From Hydrogenophaga sp. (GTDB taxonomy: Bacteria; Pseudomonadota; Gammaproteobacteria; Burkholderiales; Burkholderiaceae_C), in the NCBI RefSeq assembly GCF_025699295.1, contig NZ_JAILWB010000018.1:1309-65308 (forward strand): a stretch of DNA of 64,000 nucleotides. Direction: 5' to 3'. The notes under the pieces are model-generated. The model did no database searches and was not told where the DNA came from. It saw nothing but the letters and a program-made list of their open reading frames with translations. The translations under genes and the position numbers were made by a program. Within the stretch, counting starts at the first letter, position 1. Each line of letters starts with the position of its first letter. Shown in pieces: positions 25,377 to 35,388 of the stretch.

Positions 25377-25727
25377 TCAGTACACCGGGACGCCCGGATC
25401 GCGTTCCTGCGACCAGGCGTGGATGCCACCGTCGATGTTCACCACGTGGGTGAAGCCCAGGCTTTCCAGGTACTGCACCACCTGCGCGCTGCGCGCGCCG
25501 TGGTGGCACAGGCAGGCAATGGAGTGGTGGCGGTCGAGCTCCGGGTAGCGCGCGGGGACGCTGCGCATGGGCATGTGGCGCAGTTCGAAGCCTTCGGGCT
25601 TGACCGAGGCCGTCTGCAGCTCCCAGGGCTCGCGCACGTCCAGCACGACGGGCAGCGCCTCGGGCTGCGCCGGGTCGCTTGCCTGCTGCAGCCAGTCCTG
25701 GAGTTGCGCGGGGCGGATCGAGTTCAT
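25377..25727 (-). CDS. rhodanese-like domain protein (sulfurtransferase)
   Basis: 116 aa with VVLDVREPWE and the active-site loop CLCHHGARS. The conserved pcm-rhodanese-tolC neighbourhood supports the call. Confidence 0.85.
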   Translation of the reverse strand: MNSIRPAQLQDWLQQASDPAQPEALPVVLDVREPWELQTASVKPEGFELRHMPMRSVPARYPELDRHHSIACLCHHGARSAQVVQYLESLGFTHVVNIDGGIHAWSQERDPGVPVY

Positions 25728-25762
25728 GGTCAATGTCCGTGGTGCGGGTTGATGGGCGGCGT

Positions 25763-26476
25763 TCAGAAGCTGAAGCGCGAGGGCTCCGGGAAGTGGAGCA
25801 GGCGCGGCGCCACGGTGTCCCAGGGTTGCGCGGTCTGGTACGCCGCGTCGCCCGTGCGGGTGACGATGGTGACGCGCATCATGGGCTCGTAACCCACGAT
25901 CGCCGCCAGGCGGCCGCCCGGTGCCAGCGAGGCCAGCAGCGCGGGCGGGATCTCCGCGACCGAGCCGCTGAGCACGATGGCGTCGTAAGGCCCATCGACG
26001 CCGCAGGCGGCAAAACCGTTGGCCGCGGCGTCGGCGCAGCGCACATCCGCGTTCGTGATGCCGGCCTGCTGCAGGTTCTGGCGCGCCTGGCGGGCCAGCG
26101 CCTCGTCGATCTCGATCGTCACCACGCGTTGCGCCAGGCTGGCCAGCAGGGCCGCCATGTGGCCGCTGCCTGTGCCCACTTCCAGCACCTTGTCGGTGCG
26201 CTTGAGCTGCAGGTCCTGCAGCAGGCGCGCCTCGACCTTGGGCGCGAGCATGGCCTGGCCCTCCACTGCCGGGTGGGTCAGCGGCAGGTCCATGTCGGCA
26301 AAGGCCAGGGCCTTGTGGGCGGTGGGCACGAAGTTCTCGCGATGGACGCGGTCCAGCAGGTCCAGCACCTGGGCGTCGAGCACTTCCCAGGGGCGGATCT
26401 GCTGCTCGATCATGTTGAAACGGGCCTGGCTCAGGCCCGGGGTGGCGGGCGTTTCGGGGGGAGTGGAGGTGGTCAT
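25763..26476 (-). CDS. pcm: protein-L-isoaspartate O-methyltransferase family protein
   Basis: AdoMet motif VLEVGTGSGHMAALLA and the PCMT-like layout. Start moved to ATG 26476. Confidence 0.8.
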   Translation of the reverse strand: MTTSTPPETPATPGLSQARFNMIEQQIRPWEVLDAQVLDLLDRVHRENFVPTAHKALAFADMDLPLTHPAVEGQAMLAPKVEARLLQDLQLKRTDKVLEVGTGSGHMAALLASLAQRVVTIEIDEALARQARQNLQQAGITNADVRCADAAANGFAACGVDGPYDAIVLSGSVAEIPPALLASLAPGGRLAAIVGYEPMMRVTIVTRTGDAAYQTAQPWDTVAPRLLHFPEPSRFSF

Positions 26477-26526
26477 GGCATCGACTCGGTGGAACGGGGT
26501 TTCGGGGGGACGGTAACCGGGCAATT

Positions 26527-29500
26527 TTACGGAGTGGTACCGGCTGGCAGCACGGTGGCGGGGGGCAGGCCAAGCCGGCGGCGGCACCAGGCGGCGAGGT
26601 CGTCCATGTAGCAATAGACCACCGGCACCACGACCAGGGTGAGCAGCGACGAGGTGATGACGCCACCGATCACGGCCTGGCCCATCGGGGCGCGCTGCTC
26701 GGAGCCTTCGGTCAGCGCGAACGCCAGCGGCACCATGCCGAAGACCATGGCCAGCGTGGTCATCAGGATGGGGCGCAGGCGCACGCGCGCGGCCATGAGC
26801 AGGGCCGACTCGCGGTCCACCGGCGGCCCGCCCGCGCGGCCTTCGCGCGCGCGGATGGCGAAGTCCACCAGCAGGATGGCGTTCTTGGTGACCAGGCCCA
26901 TCAGCAGCACGATGCCGATCACCGAGAACATGCTCATGGTCGATCCGAACATCAGCAGCGTGAGCACCACGCCGATCAGCGTGAGCGGCAGCGAGGTCAT
27001 GAGCGCCAGCGGCTGCAGGAAGCTCTGGAACTGGCTGGCCAGGATCATGTAGATGAAGATGATGGCCAGTGCCAGCGCCGAGAGCGCGTAGCCGAAGGAC
27101 TCCTGCATGTTCTTCGTGGAGCCGCCGAACTCGTAGCGGTAGCCGGGGGGGAAGGCGATGCCGTCGAGCACCTGCCGGATGTCGGCAGAGACCTCGCCGG
27201 CAGAGCGGCCGTACACGTTGGCGTTGATCGCGACCTCGCGGTTGAGGTTGCGCCGGTTGATCTGGTTCGGGCCGGTGGCCTCCACCACCTCGGCCACCTG
27301 GCCCAGGCGCACCACGCGCGCCGTGCCGTCGGCGGCCGTGCCCACCTGGAAGGGCAGTTGCTCCAGGTCGCTGGCGCGCTCGCGCCGCTCGGGAGCCAGG
27401 CGCACGTTCACGTCGTAGCTCTGGCCGTCGGCCGCGCGCCAGTTGCCCACCGTGGTACCGGCTACCAGGGTGCGCAGGCTGTTGCCCACGGTCGCCACGC
27501 TCACACCGGCGTCGGAAGCGAGGTCGCGCCTGAGCTTCACGTCCACGGAGGGCTTGTCGGGCTTGACGCTGGCGTCCAGGTCGACCAGGCCGACGATGGG
27601 CCGGATGCGTTCGAGCACCACCTGGGTCAGGCGGTCGAGCTCGGCCAGGTCGTCACCCTGCAGCGAGAACTCCACCTGCTTGTTGCCGCCCACGGCGTCC
27701 AGCAGGCCGGCGTGCGTGACCGTGATGCCGGGCACCGTGCGCAGTCGCTCGCGCAGGCGGGCCGACATGGCGTCGGCGCTGAGCGCGCGCTCCTTGCGGT
27801 CGACCAGTCGCACGTAGACGCTGGCGTACATGGTGCCCTGTGCGTTGCCGGTGTTCAGTGTGGACAGCGTGTAGTTCACTTCGGGGAATTCGCGCAGGAT
27901 CGCCTCGACCTCGCGCGTCTTGGCCTCGGTGGCCTGCAGCGAGGAACCCACCGGCGTGTGAAAGCTCAGCGAGGTTTCCGAGAAGTCCGCCTTGGGCACG
28001 AACTCGGTGCCCAGCAGGGGCACGACGAACAGGCTGCCGACGAAGGTGGCCAGTGCCAGCCCCAGCGTGGCCAGCTTGTGCCTGAGCGACCAGCGCAGCG
28101 CGCCCTGGTAATTCTCGGCCAGCACGTCCTGGAAGCGGTCGAACCAGCCGGTCACGCGGCCGATGGTCCGCCCGTACAGGGATCGATCGCCCTGACCGTG
28201 CTTCTCGATTTCCGGGTCGTGCCACACCGAGGACAACATCGGGTCGAGCGTGAAGCTCACGAACATGGAGATCAGCACGGCGGCCACCATGGTGATGCCG
28301 AACTCGTGGAAGAACTTGCCGATGATGCCGCCCATGAAGCCGATGGGCAGGAACACCGCGACGATGGACAGCGTGGTGGCGAGCACCGCCAGACCGATCT
28401 CCTGCGTGCCTTCCATGGCCGCGTTGTACGGCGTCTTGCCCATCTGCACGTGGCGCACGATGTTCTCGCGCACCACGATGGCGTCGTCGATCAGCAGACC
28501 GACCGAGAGCGTGAGCGCCATCAGCGTGATCATGTTGATGGTGAACCCGAACAGGTTCATGAAGAAGAAGGTGCCGATCAGCGCGATCGGCAGCGTCAGG
28601 CCGGTGATGACGGTCGAACGCCAGGAGTTCAGGAACAGGAAGACGATCAGCACCGTCAGCAAGGCTCCTTCGATCAGCGTGCGGCGCACGTTCTCGACCG
28701 AGACCCGGATCGGTCGCGAGCCGTCGGCGATCTGCTCCAGTCGCATGCCCGGCGGCAGTTCGGGGCCGATGGCAGCCACGGCCGCCTTGAGGCCGTCGGT
28801 GACGGCGATGGTGTTCTCGTCCTGCGCTTTCTGCACCTGCAGCAGCAGCGTGCGCCGGCCGTTGTACAGCGCCAGACTCTCGACCTCCTCGGTGCCGTCC
28901 GTCACCGTTGCCAGCTGCCCCAGGCGCACCGGCTGGCCGCCCCGGCGCGCGACGATGATGTCGTTGAAGTCCTGCGGGTCCTGCAGGCGCGAGAGCAGTT
29001 GCACCACACGCTCGGACTCGCCGGTCTTGAGCGTGCCCACCGGCAGGTCCTGGTTCTCGTTGCGCACGGCGGTGTTGACCTGCTCGGTGGTCACGCCCAG
29101 CGCTTCCATGGCCGAGGGATTCAGGTCGATGTTGATGGCGCGCCGCGTCGCGCCCACCAGCGTGACCGAGCCGACGCCGCGCACATTCTCCAGCCGCTTC
29201 TTCAGCGTCTGCTCGGCCCAGGTGGTGAGCTCGACCGCGCTCGGGGCCTTGCCGTTGACCGGCTCGGGGATGACGGCCACCGACCAGATCGAGCGCGCCG
29301 CCGGATCGAAGCGCAGCACGCGCGGTTCTTCCACCTCGTCGCGAAACACCGGGCGCAGTATGGCGATCTTCTCGCGCACGTCCTCCGCCGCCTTGCGTCC
29401 GTCCACCGTGAGCTGGAACTCGATGATCACGATCGACTGGCCTTCGTAGCTGCGCGAGGTCAGGGTGTTGACGCCGGCGATCGCGTTGACTGCTTCCTCC

Positions 29501-29700
29501 ACCTTCTTCGTGACCTCGGACTCGACGATCTCCGGCGAGGCGCCCGGGTAGGCGACCTGGACCACGACGACCGGGAAGTCGATGTTGGGGAACTGGTCGA
29601 CCTGCAGGCGCTGGAAGGAGAACACCCCGAGCACCACGAAGGCGACCATCACCATGGTGGCGAACACCGGGTTGCGCAGGGAAACCTGGGTGAACCACAT
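26527..29700 (-). CDS. RND efflux permease (AcrB/HAE1-type)
   Basis: 1057 aa. The N-terminus VSLRNPVFATMVMVAFVVLGVFSFQRL.VDQFPNIDFPVVVV and the 12-TM, two-large-loop layout are typical of AcrB-family pumps. Confidence 0.95.
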   Translation of the reverse strand: MWFTQVSLRNPVFATMVMVAFVVLGVFSFQRLQVDQFPNIDFPVVVVQVAYPGASPEIVESEVTKKVEEAVNAIAGVNTLTSRSYEGQSIVIIEFQLTVDGRKAAEDVREKIAILRPVFRDEVEEPRVLRFDPAARSIWSVAVIPEPVNGKAPSAVELTTWAEQTLKKRLENVRGVGSVTLVGATRRAINIDLNPSAMEALGVTTEQVNTAVRNENQDLPVGTLKTGESERVVQLLSRLQDPQDFNDIIVARRGGQPVRLGQLATVTDGTEEVESLALYNGRRTLLLQVQKAQDENTIAVTDGLKAAVAAIGPELPPGMRLEQIADGSRPIRVSVENVRRTLIEGALLTVLIVFLFLNSWRSTVITGLTLPIALIGTFFFMNLFGFTINMITLMALTLSVGLLIDDAIVVRENIVRHVQMGKTPYNAAMEGTQEIGLAVLATTLSIVAVFLPIGFMGGIIGKFFHEFGITMVAAVLISMFVSFTLDPMLSSVWHDPEIEKHGQGDRSLYGRTIGRVTGWFDRFQDVLAENYQGALRWSLRHKLATLGLALATFVGSLFVVPLLGTEFVPKADFSETSLSFHTPVGSSLQATEAKTREVEAILREFPEVNYTLSTLNTGNAQGTMYASVYVRLVDRKERALSADAMSARLRERLRTVPGITVTHAGLLDAVGGNKQVEFSLQGDDLAELDRLTQVVLERIRPIVGLVDLDASVKPDKPSVDVKLRRDLASDAGVSVATVGNSLRTLVAGTTVGNWRAADGQSYDVNVRLAPERRERASDLEQLPFQVGTAADGTARVVRLGQVAEVVEATGPNQINRRNLNREVAINANVYGRSAGEVSADIRQVLDGIAFPPGYRYEFGGSTKNMQESFGYALSALALAIIFIYMILASQFQSFLQPLALMTSLPLTLIGVVLTLLMFGSTMSMFSVIGIVLLMGLVTKNAILLVDFAIRAREGRAGGPPVDRESALLMAARVRLRPILMTTLAMVFGMVPLAFALTEGSEQRAPMGQAVIGGVITSSLLTLVVVPVVYCYMDDLAAWCRRRLGLPPATVLPAGTTP

Positions 29701-29706
29701 AGGGGC

Positions 29707-30852
29707 TCAGTTCGCGGCCAGGCGCACCGCCGTGCCTTCGCGGATCAGGCCGGCCTGCGCGCTCAGCACCGGGGTGCCGGCAGGCACGCCCTGCACCGCG
29801 CGCATGCGTTCGGTGCCGGACAGGCCGCTGGCGTCCTCGGTGAGCGGGATGTGCGCCACGTTGCCTTCGCGCACGATCTGGATGTAGGGCCGGGGTTTGT
29901 CGTTGCGCACCGCCGAGGCCGGTACCGCCAGCGCGTTGAAGCTGCCGGTGACCAGCTGGCCTTGCGCGAACAGGCCCGGGCGCATGCCCTCGGCGGCCGG
30001 CACGCGCAGGTAGATCAGCACACTGCGGCTGCTGGCCTGCACGCTGGGGTTGATGCGCGCAACCGTCGCCAGCACGGGCTGTGCGAGGCCCTCGACCTGC
30101 AGACGCGCGGTCTGGCCCAGCTTCACGGCGACCGCGTCCGCCGGCGTGATGGCCGCTTCCATCTCGAAAGCCGAGAGATCCACGACCTCGAGCACGCGCG
30201 TGTCGATGCCCACGCGTTCGCCGTTCTGCACCAGGCGCGCCGCGATCTGTCCGCTCAGGGGCGAGCGCAGCGTGGTGTCGGCCAGTGCCTTGTTCGCGAT
30301 GTCGAGCGCGGCCAGCGCGGCCTGGTGCGTGGCTTCCGCGCCGGCCAGGGTGGCCGTGGCGGTTTCCAGTGCGGTGGCGGAGATGAACCCCTGGCGCACC
30401 AGGGCCTGGTTGTTGTCCAGCGTGCGCCGCGCGATCGCCACCTGCGCCCGGGCTGACTCGGCCTGGCGCTCGGCCTGGCGCACACGGGCCCGGGCTTCGG
30501 TGCTGTCGACGCGCGCCACCACCTCGCCGGCCTGGACTGCGTCGCCCTCGCGCTTGGTGAGCCCCTGGATCTCGCCGGCTGTCCGCGCCTTGATGGCCGC
30601 CGTCTGAACGGCCTCGACCGAGCCCGAGATGCCCACCGCCCGGACCAGCTCCAGCGCCCGCACCGCGACCACGTCGTGCGCCGCGAGCGTGTACACCGGC
30701 GCCTGCTGCAGCAACTCGGCCGCCGCGCGCGCCGATGCCGCCTGGGACTTGCGCTTGTCCAGCGCGCGCACCACGCCCAGCCCGACGGCCAGCACCAGGA
30801 CGGCCGCCAGCAGCCAGGGGACCCACTTGGCGCGAGTGCGGTCCATCTTCAT
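29707..30852 (-). CDS. RND periplasmic adaptor (membrane fusion protein)
   Basis: N-terminal anchor, a lipoyl/hairpin region (ARTAGEI......EGD.V.AG.V.A..D) and L.SPLSGQI. Start at ATG 30852 overlaps the tetR stop. Confidence 0.9.
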   Translation of the reverse strand: MKMDRTRAKWVPWLLAAVLVLAVGLGVVRALDKRKSQAASARAAAELLQQAPVYTLAAHDVVAVRALELVRAVGISGSVEAVQTAAIKARTAGEIQGLTKREGDAVQAGEVVARVDSTEARARVRQAERQAESARAQVAIARRTLDNNQALVRQGFISATALETATATLAGAEATHQAALAALDIANKALADTTLRSPLSGQIAARLVQNGERVGIDTRVLEVVDLSAFEMEAAITPADAVAVKLGQTARLQVEGLAQPVLATVARINPSVQASSRSVLIYLRVPAAEGMRPGLFAQGQLVTGSFNALAVPASAVRNDKPRPYIQIVREGNVAHIPLTEDASGLSGTERMRAVQGVPAGTPVLSAQAGLIREGTAVRLAAN

Positions 30853-31529
30853 GGTTGGCGCACCAGCATGCCGCGCAGCAGCAGGTCGACCTGGTTGTCG
30901 AGGAAGGCCACGGGTTCGATCTGTTCGGAGGCAGGACAGCACGGCGCCATGGAATGCTTCCACATCAGCAGGAAGATCATGGGCGCGATCAGGCTGTACA
31001 CCGCGTAGTCCAGCGGCATGGGCCGGAACTCACCGCGGTCGATGCCGTGCTGCAGCACACGCCGCAGCAGGTCGTGGCCCGGGCCGATCACCTCCTGCTG
31101 GTAGAAGTTCGCGATCTCGGGGAACATGCCGGCTTCGCTCATCACCAGCTTGGTGATGCCCGAGGCGGCCGTCATGCCGATGCGCTCCCACCAGGTGTGC
31201 ATGCAGTAGCGCAGCAACTCGGCGCTGCTGCCACTGAACTGGGCGAGCTCTTCGTTCCACTCGGTGAAGCGCCCGGCGATGGTCTCGCGCACCACCGCCT
31301 TGAACAGCTCTTCCTTGCTCGGGAAATATAGGAACAGCGTGCCCTTGGACACACCGGCGCGGGCGGCCACCTCCTCGACCCGGGTGGCGGCAAAGCCCTT
31401 CTCGACGAACAACTGCAGGGCGGCGTCCACCAGTTCACCGGGGCGCGCTTCCTTGCGCCGGGTGCGGCGCTGGCGCGGCTCGGCATCGCTGGCGTGCGAC
31501 AGGTCGTCGTCGGGCAGGGCAGGGGACAT
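30849..31529 (-). CDS. TetR/AcrR-family transcriptional regulator
   Basis: HTH region LVDAALQLFVEKGFAATRVEEVAARAGVSKGTLFLYF. It is the first gene of the tetR-MFP-RND operon. Confidence 0.9.
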   Translation of the reverse strand: MSPALPDDDLSHASDAEPRQRRTRRKEARPGELVDAALQLFVEKGFAATRVEEVAARAGVSKGTLFLYFPSKEELFKAVVRETIAGRFTEWNEELAQFSGSSAELLRYCMHTWWERIGMTAASGITKLVMSEAGMFPEIANFYQQEVIGPGHDLLRRVLQHGIDRGEFRPMPLDYAVYSLIAPMIFLLMWKHSMAPCCPASEQIEPVAFLDNQVDLLLRGMLVRQP

Positions 31530-31537
31530 GGGAGAAA

Positions 31538-31559
31538 TTAATGACCGATGGGTTATTAA
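31538..31559. promoter_or_regulatory. imperfect palindrome, candidate TetR operator
   Basis: TTAATGACCGATGGGTTATTAA matches its own reverse complement at 18/22 positions. It is AT-rich in a GC-rich genome and lies 9 nt upstream of the tetR start. A partial direct copy (TAATGTAACCGATGG) follows at 31557-31571. Confidence 0.5.
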
Positions 31560-31631
31560 TGTAACCGATGGCGCGTCCCGGGGGTGTCGCCCAGGACAGG
31601 AAGTGGCCGTTGCCGCGCGCCCGCGCGGGCC

Positions 31632-33110
31632 TCAGCCCAGCCGCATGCCCACGCGCGTGATCTTCTTGGCCTCGACCTCGCGCACGCTGATCTCCGCGTT
31701 GCCCAGCGGGGCAGTGTCGCCCACCACCGGTGGCCGGTTGAGTTCGGTGTGCAGCCACTGCCCGATCGACTGGCTGGCGTTGGCCGGAACGGGCAGTCCG
31801 TAGAAGGCGCACAGGCTCTCCAGGGGCGTGCCGGCATCGAGCTCGAAGTCGCCATAGACCAGGCGGGCATGCTCGGTGTCGTCCGGATCGGGCAGGGCCA
31901 CACCGGTGCGGCGTGCCGCCCAGGCGATGGTTGAACCCTGCAGCAGCAGGGAGGTGAGCACGACCACGAACGCCACGTTGAAGAAGGTGTGCGCGCCCTG
32001 CACCCCGGCCATCACCGGGAACACGGCCAGCACGATGGGCACGGCGCCGCGCAGGCCGACCCAGGAGATGAAGGTGATCTCGCGCGGGCTGAAGCGCAGC
32101 GGTGCCAGGCACAGCCAGACCGAGACCGGTCGCGCCACCAGCATCAGCACGAGCGAGACGCCGATCGCCGGCCACAGGGTGCGCAACAACTCGGAGGGCG
32201 TGACCAGCAGACCCAGCAAAAGGAACATGCCCGCCTGCGCCAGCCAGGCGTAGCCGTCCATGGCCGAGAGCGCGGGCCGCACCAGGCGCCGGGCGCGGTT
32301 GCCGGCGATCACGCCCATGGCGTACACCGCCAGGAAGCCCGAACCGCCGAGCCAGGTCGTGAGCGCGAACACCGCCAGGCCACCCGAGACCATGAGCAGC
32401 GCGCGGATGCCACCGCCACCGTCCACGCCGCGCCCCATGCGCTTGAGCAAGCCGGCCAGCCCGAAGCCGCAGGCGACGCCCATGGCGGCACCCCAGCCGA
32501 ACTGGTACAGCAGCGACAGCAGCACCGCCTTGGCGCTGAGCTCGTCGCCCGTGCCGGCACCCATGGCCAGTGCCACGCCGATGAAGGTCAGCGTGAGGTA
32601 CACCGCCATCGGGTCGTTCATGCCGGACTCGATCTCCAGCGTCGCTGCCACGCGCTCGTTGAGTTTGACGCCCGATGACTTGAGCAGCGAGAACACCGCG
32701 GCCGCGTCGGTGGAGCCGACGATGGCGCCCACCAGCAGCGCCAGCGGCCAGGACAGGTCGAGCAGCCAGTGGGCGGCAGCGGCGGTCAGGCCGGTGCAGA
32801 CCATCACGCCCACGGTGGCCAGCAGCAGCGAGGGCCGCAGGCCGGTGCGGAAGGTGACGATGTCGGTGCGCAGGCCGCCATCGAGCAGGATCACCGCCAG
32901 GGCCACGTTGCCCACCACGAAGCTCAGGCGGAAGTCGTTGAACACCACGCCGCCCGGGCCGTCGACGCCGGCCAGCGTGCCCACCACCAGGAACACCAGC
33001 AGGAACGAGAAGCCCACCCGTGCCGAGAACACACCGGCCATCACGCTGATGAACACCAGCGAGGCAGCGGCAAGCAGCGGCAGGGAGAGGAAATCGAGCG
33101 ACAGGGACAT
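31632..33110 (-). CDS. K+/H+ antiporter NhaP2 (CPA1 family with C-terminal TrkA-C domain)
   Basis: GAIVGSTDAAAVFSLLK and LEIESGMNDPMAVYLT motifs, with a soluble C-terminal domain of about 90 aa. Confidence 0.85.
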   Translation of the reverse strand: MSLSLDFLSLPLLAAASLVFISVMAGVFSARVGFSFLLVFLVVGTLAGVDGPGGVVFNDFRLSFVVGNVALAVILLDGGLRTDIVTFRTGLRPSLLLATVGVMVCTGLTAAAAHWLLDLSWPLALLVGAIVGSTDAAAVFSLLKSSGVKLNERVAATLEIESGMNDPMAVYLTLTFIGVALAMGAGTGDELSAKAVLLSLLYQFGWGAAMGVACGFGLAGLLKRMGRGVDGGGGIRALLMVSGGLAVFALTTWLGGSGFLAVYAMGVIAGNRARRLVRPALSAMDGYAWLAQAGMFLLLGLLVTPSELLRTLWPAIGVSLVLMLVARPVSVWLCLAPLRFSPREITFISWVGLRGAVPIVLAVFPVMAGVQGAHTFFNVAFVVVLTSLLLQGSTIAWAARRTGVALPDPDDTEHARLVYGDFELDAGTPLESLCAFYGLPVPANASQSIGQWLHTELNRPPVVGDTAPLGNAEISVREVEAKKITRVGMRLG

Positions 33111-33121
33111 GCCCTGAAGCT

Positions 33122-33152
33122 AACAGAAAGCGTGCCAGCGTTGCCGGCACGC
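33122..33152 (-). terminator. rho-independent terminator after gcdH
   Basis: The minus strand reads GCGTGCCGGC aac GCTGGCACGC followed by TTTCTGTT. Confidence 0.6.
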
Positions 33153-33157
33153 CGCGC

Positions 33158-34342
33158 TCAGGAGAACGCCTGAATGCCGGTGATCGCGCGACCCAGGATG
33201 AGCGCGTGCACGTCGTGCGTGCCTTCGTAGGTGTTCACCACCTCCAGGTTCACCAGGTGGCGCGCCACGCCGAACTCGTCGCTGATGCCGTTGCCGCCCA
33301 TCATGTCGCGCGCCAGGCGCGCGATGTCCAGCGCCTTGCCGCAGCTGTTGCGCTTGAGGATGGAGGTGATCTCCACCGCGGCCGTGCCTTCGTCCTTCAT
33401 GCGGCCCAGGCGCAGGCAGCCCTGCAGGCCCAGGCTGATCTCGGTCAGCATGTCGGCCAGCTTCTTCTGGATCAGCTGGTTGGCCGCGAGCGGGCGGCCG
33501 AACTGCTGGCGGTCCAGCACGTACTGGCGGGCGCGGAAGTAGCAGTCCTCGGCCGCACCCAGCGCACCCCAGGCGATACCGTATCGCGCGCTGTTGAGGC
33601 AGGTGAACGGGCCTTTCAGGCCACGCACCTCGGGGAAGGCGTTCTCCTCCGGCACGAAGACGCTGTCCATCACGATCTCGCCGGTGATGGAGGCACGCAG
33701 GCCGACCTTGCTGTGGATCGCAGGGGCACTCAGGCCCTTCATGCCCTTGTCCAGAATGAAGCCGCGGATCGCGCCTTCGTCGTCCTTGGCCCAGACCACG
33801 AACACGTCGGCGATCGGGCTGTTGGTGATCCACATCTTGGCGCCCGAGAGGCTGTAGCCGCCGGCCACCTTCTTCGCGCGCGTGACCATGCTGCCGGGGT
33901 CGGAGCCGTGGTTGGGTTCGGTCAGGCCGAAGCAGCCGATCCACTCACCGGTGGCCAGCTTCGGCAGGTACTTCTGCTTCTGCGCTTCGGTGCCGAACTC
34001 GTTGATGGGCACCATCACGAGCGAGCTCTGCACGCTCATCATCGAGCGGTAACCCGAGTCCACGCGCTCCACTTCGCGCGCCACCAGGCCGTAGCAGACG
34101 TAGTTCAGGCCGGCGCCGCCGTAGGCCTCGGGGATGGTCGCGCCCAGCAGGCCGAGCTCGCCCATCTCGCGAAAGATCGCCGGGTCGGTCTTCTCGTGGC
34201 GGAACGCTTCGGTCACGCGCGGCAGCAGCTTTTCCTGGCAGTAGGCTTGGGCGGCCTCGCGCACCTGGCGCTCATCGTCGGTCAGCTGCTGGTCGAGGTG
34301 GAACGGGTCTTCCCAGCTGAAGCGGGCTTTGGCGGTGCTCAT
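33158..34342 (-). CDS. gcdH: glutaryl-CoA dehydrogenase
   Basis: 394 aa. [26 protein letters not shown] and the C-terminal YEGT.D.H.LILGR.ITG..AF are typical of GCDH within the acyl-CoA dehydrogenase family. A divergent LysR regulator is adjacent. Confidence 0.9.
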   Translation of the reverse strand: MSTAKARFSWEDPFHLDQQLTDDERQVREAAQAYCQEKLLPRVTEAFRHEKTDPAIFREMGELGLLGATIPEAYGGAGLNYVCYGLVAREVERVDSGYRSMMSVQSSLVMVPINEFGTEAQKQKYLPKLATGEWIGCFGLTEPNHGSDPGSMVTRAKKVAGGYSLSGAKMWITNSPIADVFVVWAKDDEGAIRGFILDKGMKGLSAPAIHSKVGLRASITGEIVMDSVFVPEENAFPEVRGLKGPFTCLNSARYGIAWGALGAAEDCYFRARQYVLDRQQFGRPLAANQLIQKKLADMLTEISLGLQGCLRLGRMKDEGTAAVEITSILKRNSCGKALDIARLARDMMGGNGISDEFGVARHLVNLEVVNTYEGTHDVHALILGRAITGIQAFS

Positions 34343-34391
34343 ATGTTGTCTCCGGTGGTCGGGGTGGCGATGCCATGATTGTCGGTGGCAC

Positions 34392-34425
34392 ATGAATACC
34401 TGTCTAATATCGTTCCTGTATTCAT
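34392..34425. promoter_or_regulatory. inverted repeat in the gcdH/LysR divergent region (candidate LysR-type binding site)
   Basis: ATGAATAC-N18-GTATTCAT within a roughly 100-bp AT-rich intergenic region. A further ATTCAT lies at 34441-34446. Confidence 0.45.
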
Positions 34426-34444
34426 TGATACAAATTTCAGATTC

Positions 34445-35335
34445 ATGGAATTCCGACACCTGCGCTATTTCCTGGCCCTGGCCGAAGAGCTGCACTTCGG
34501 CCGGGCTGCGCAGCGCCTGGCCATCACCCAGCCGCCGCTCTCGCTCAACATCCAGCAGCTTGAAGCCTCGGTGGGGGCCCAGCTGTTCACCCGCAACAGC
34601 CGTGGTGTGCAGCTCACAGCGGCGGGGCAGGCCTTCGTGCCGGCGGCACGCGCGCTGCTGGACCAGGCTGGCGTGGCCGCGCGCGAGGCGCGCGAGGTCG
34701 CGCAGGGCCTGGTCGGCAGCCTGCAGATCGGCTTTGCCGGCACGGTGCTCTACCGCGGCCTGCCGCAGATCCTGAAAAGCTTCGCCAGCGCGCACCCGCG
34801 GCTGCGCCTGGTGCTGCGCGAGATGAGTTCGAGCGACCAGTTGATCGACCTCATGCACGAGCGGCTCGACCTTGGCTTCGTGCACACCACGCGCGTGCCG
34901 GCCGGGTTCTCGCAGATTCTGGTGTCGCGCCAGGCCTTCGTGGCCTGCCTGCCGGCGGGCCACGCGCTGGCGCGGCGCAAGCGGCTGCCGCTGGTGCTGT
35001 TGCAGGGCGAGCCGTTCGCCATGGTCTCGCGCACCGTGTCGCCGGACTACCACGAACGCATCCTGGGCCTGTGCGCCGACGCCGGCTTTGCGCCCGAGAC
35101 CCGTTATGAGCTGCGCCACTGGCTCAGCGTGGTTTCTCTGGTGGCGCAGGGGCTGTGCGTGGCGCTGGTACCGGCCGCGCTGGCGCAGGCCGGCCTGCCC
35201 GGCGCGGTGTTCGTGCCGTTGCAGGGCGAGACACCGCCCTACGAGACGCACTGTCTGTGGAAGACCGACAGGGACCAGGCGGCCCTGGGGGCATTCCTGG
35301 GCGCCGTGCGCGGGTTTGCGCAACCGCTAGAGTGA
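34445..35335 (+). CDS. LysR-family transcriptional regulator (GcdR-like)
   Basis: [40 protein letters not shown] winged HTH. Transcribed divergently from gcdH. Confidence 0.9.
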   Translation: MEFRHLRYFLALAEELHFGRAAQRLAITQPPLSLNIQQLEASVGAQLFTRNSRGVQLTAAGQAFVPAARALLDQAGVAAREAREVAQGLVGSLQIGFAGTVLYRGLPQILKSFASAHPRLRLVLREMSSSDQLIDLMHERLDLGFVHTTRVPAGFSQILVSRQAFVACLPAGHALARRKRLPLVLLQGEPFAMVSRTVSPDYHERILGLCADAGFAPETRYELRHWLSVVSLVAQGLCVALVPAALAQAGLPGAVFVPLQGETPPYETHCLWKTDRDQAALGAFLGAVRGFAQPLE

Positions 35336-35388
35336 CGTGCTGTTGAAAGATTCCTGCGAATGGGTGGACCAACGCAAGTGAACAAACC

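Noticed and set aside
25377-26666. 429-aa ORF as a single gene
   Set aside because: Only the C-terminal 116 codons (25377-25727) translate into a rhodanese domain. The upstream part is Pro/Arg/Gly-rich and overlaps the real pcm gene, which lies in another frame.
27358-30456. 1032-aa ORF on the plus strand (and similar giants at 27653-30826)
   Set aside because: It is antisense or out of frame relative to a bona fide AcrB-type RND gene. Its composition is Arg/Ala/Gly/His-rich with no recognisable motif. Long stop-free antisense frames are expected at this GC content.
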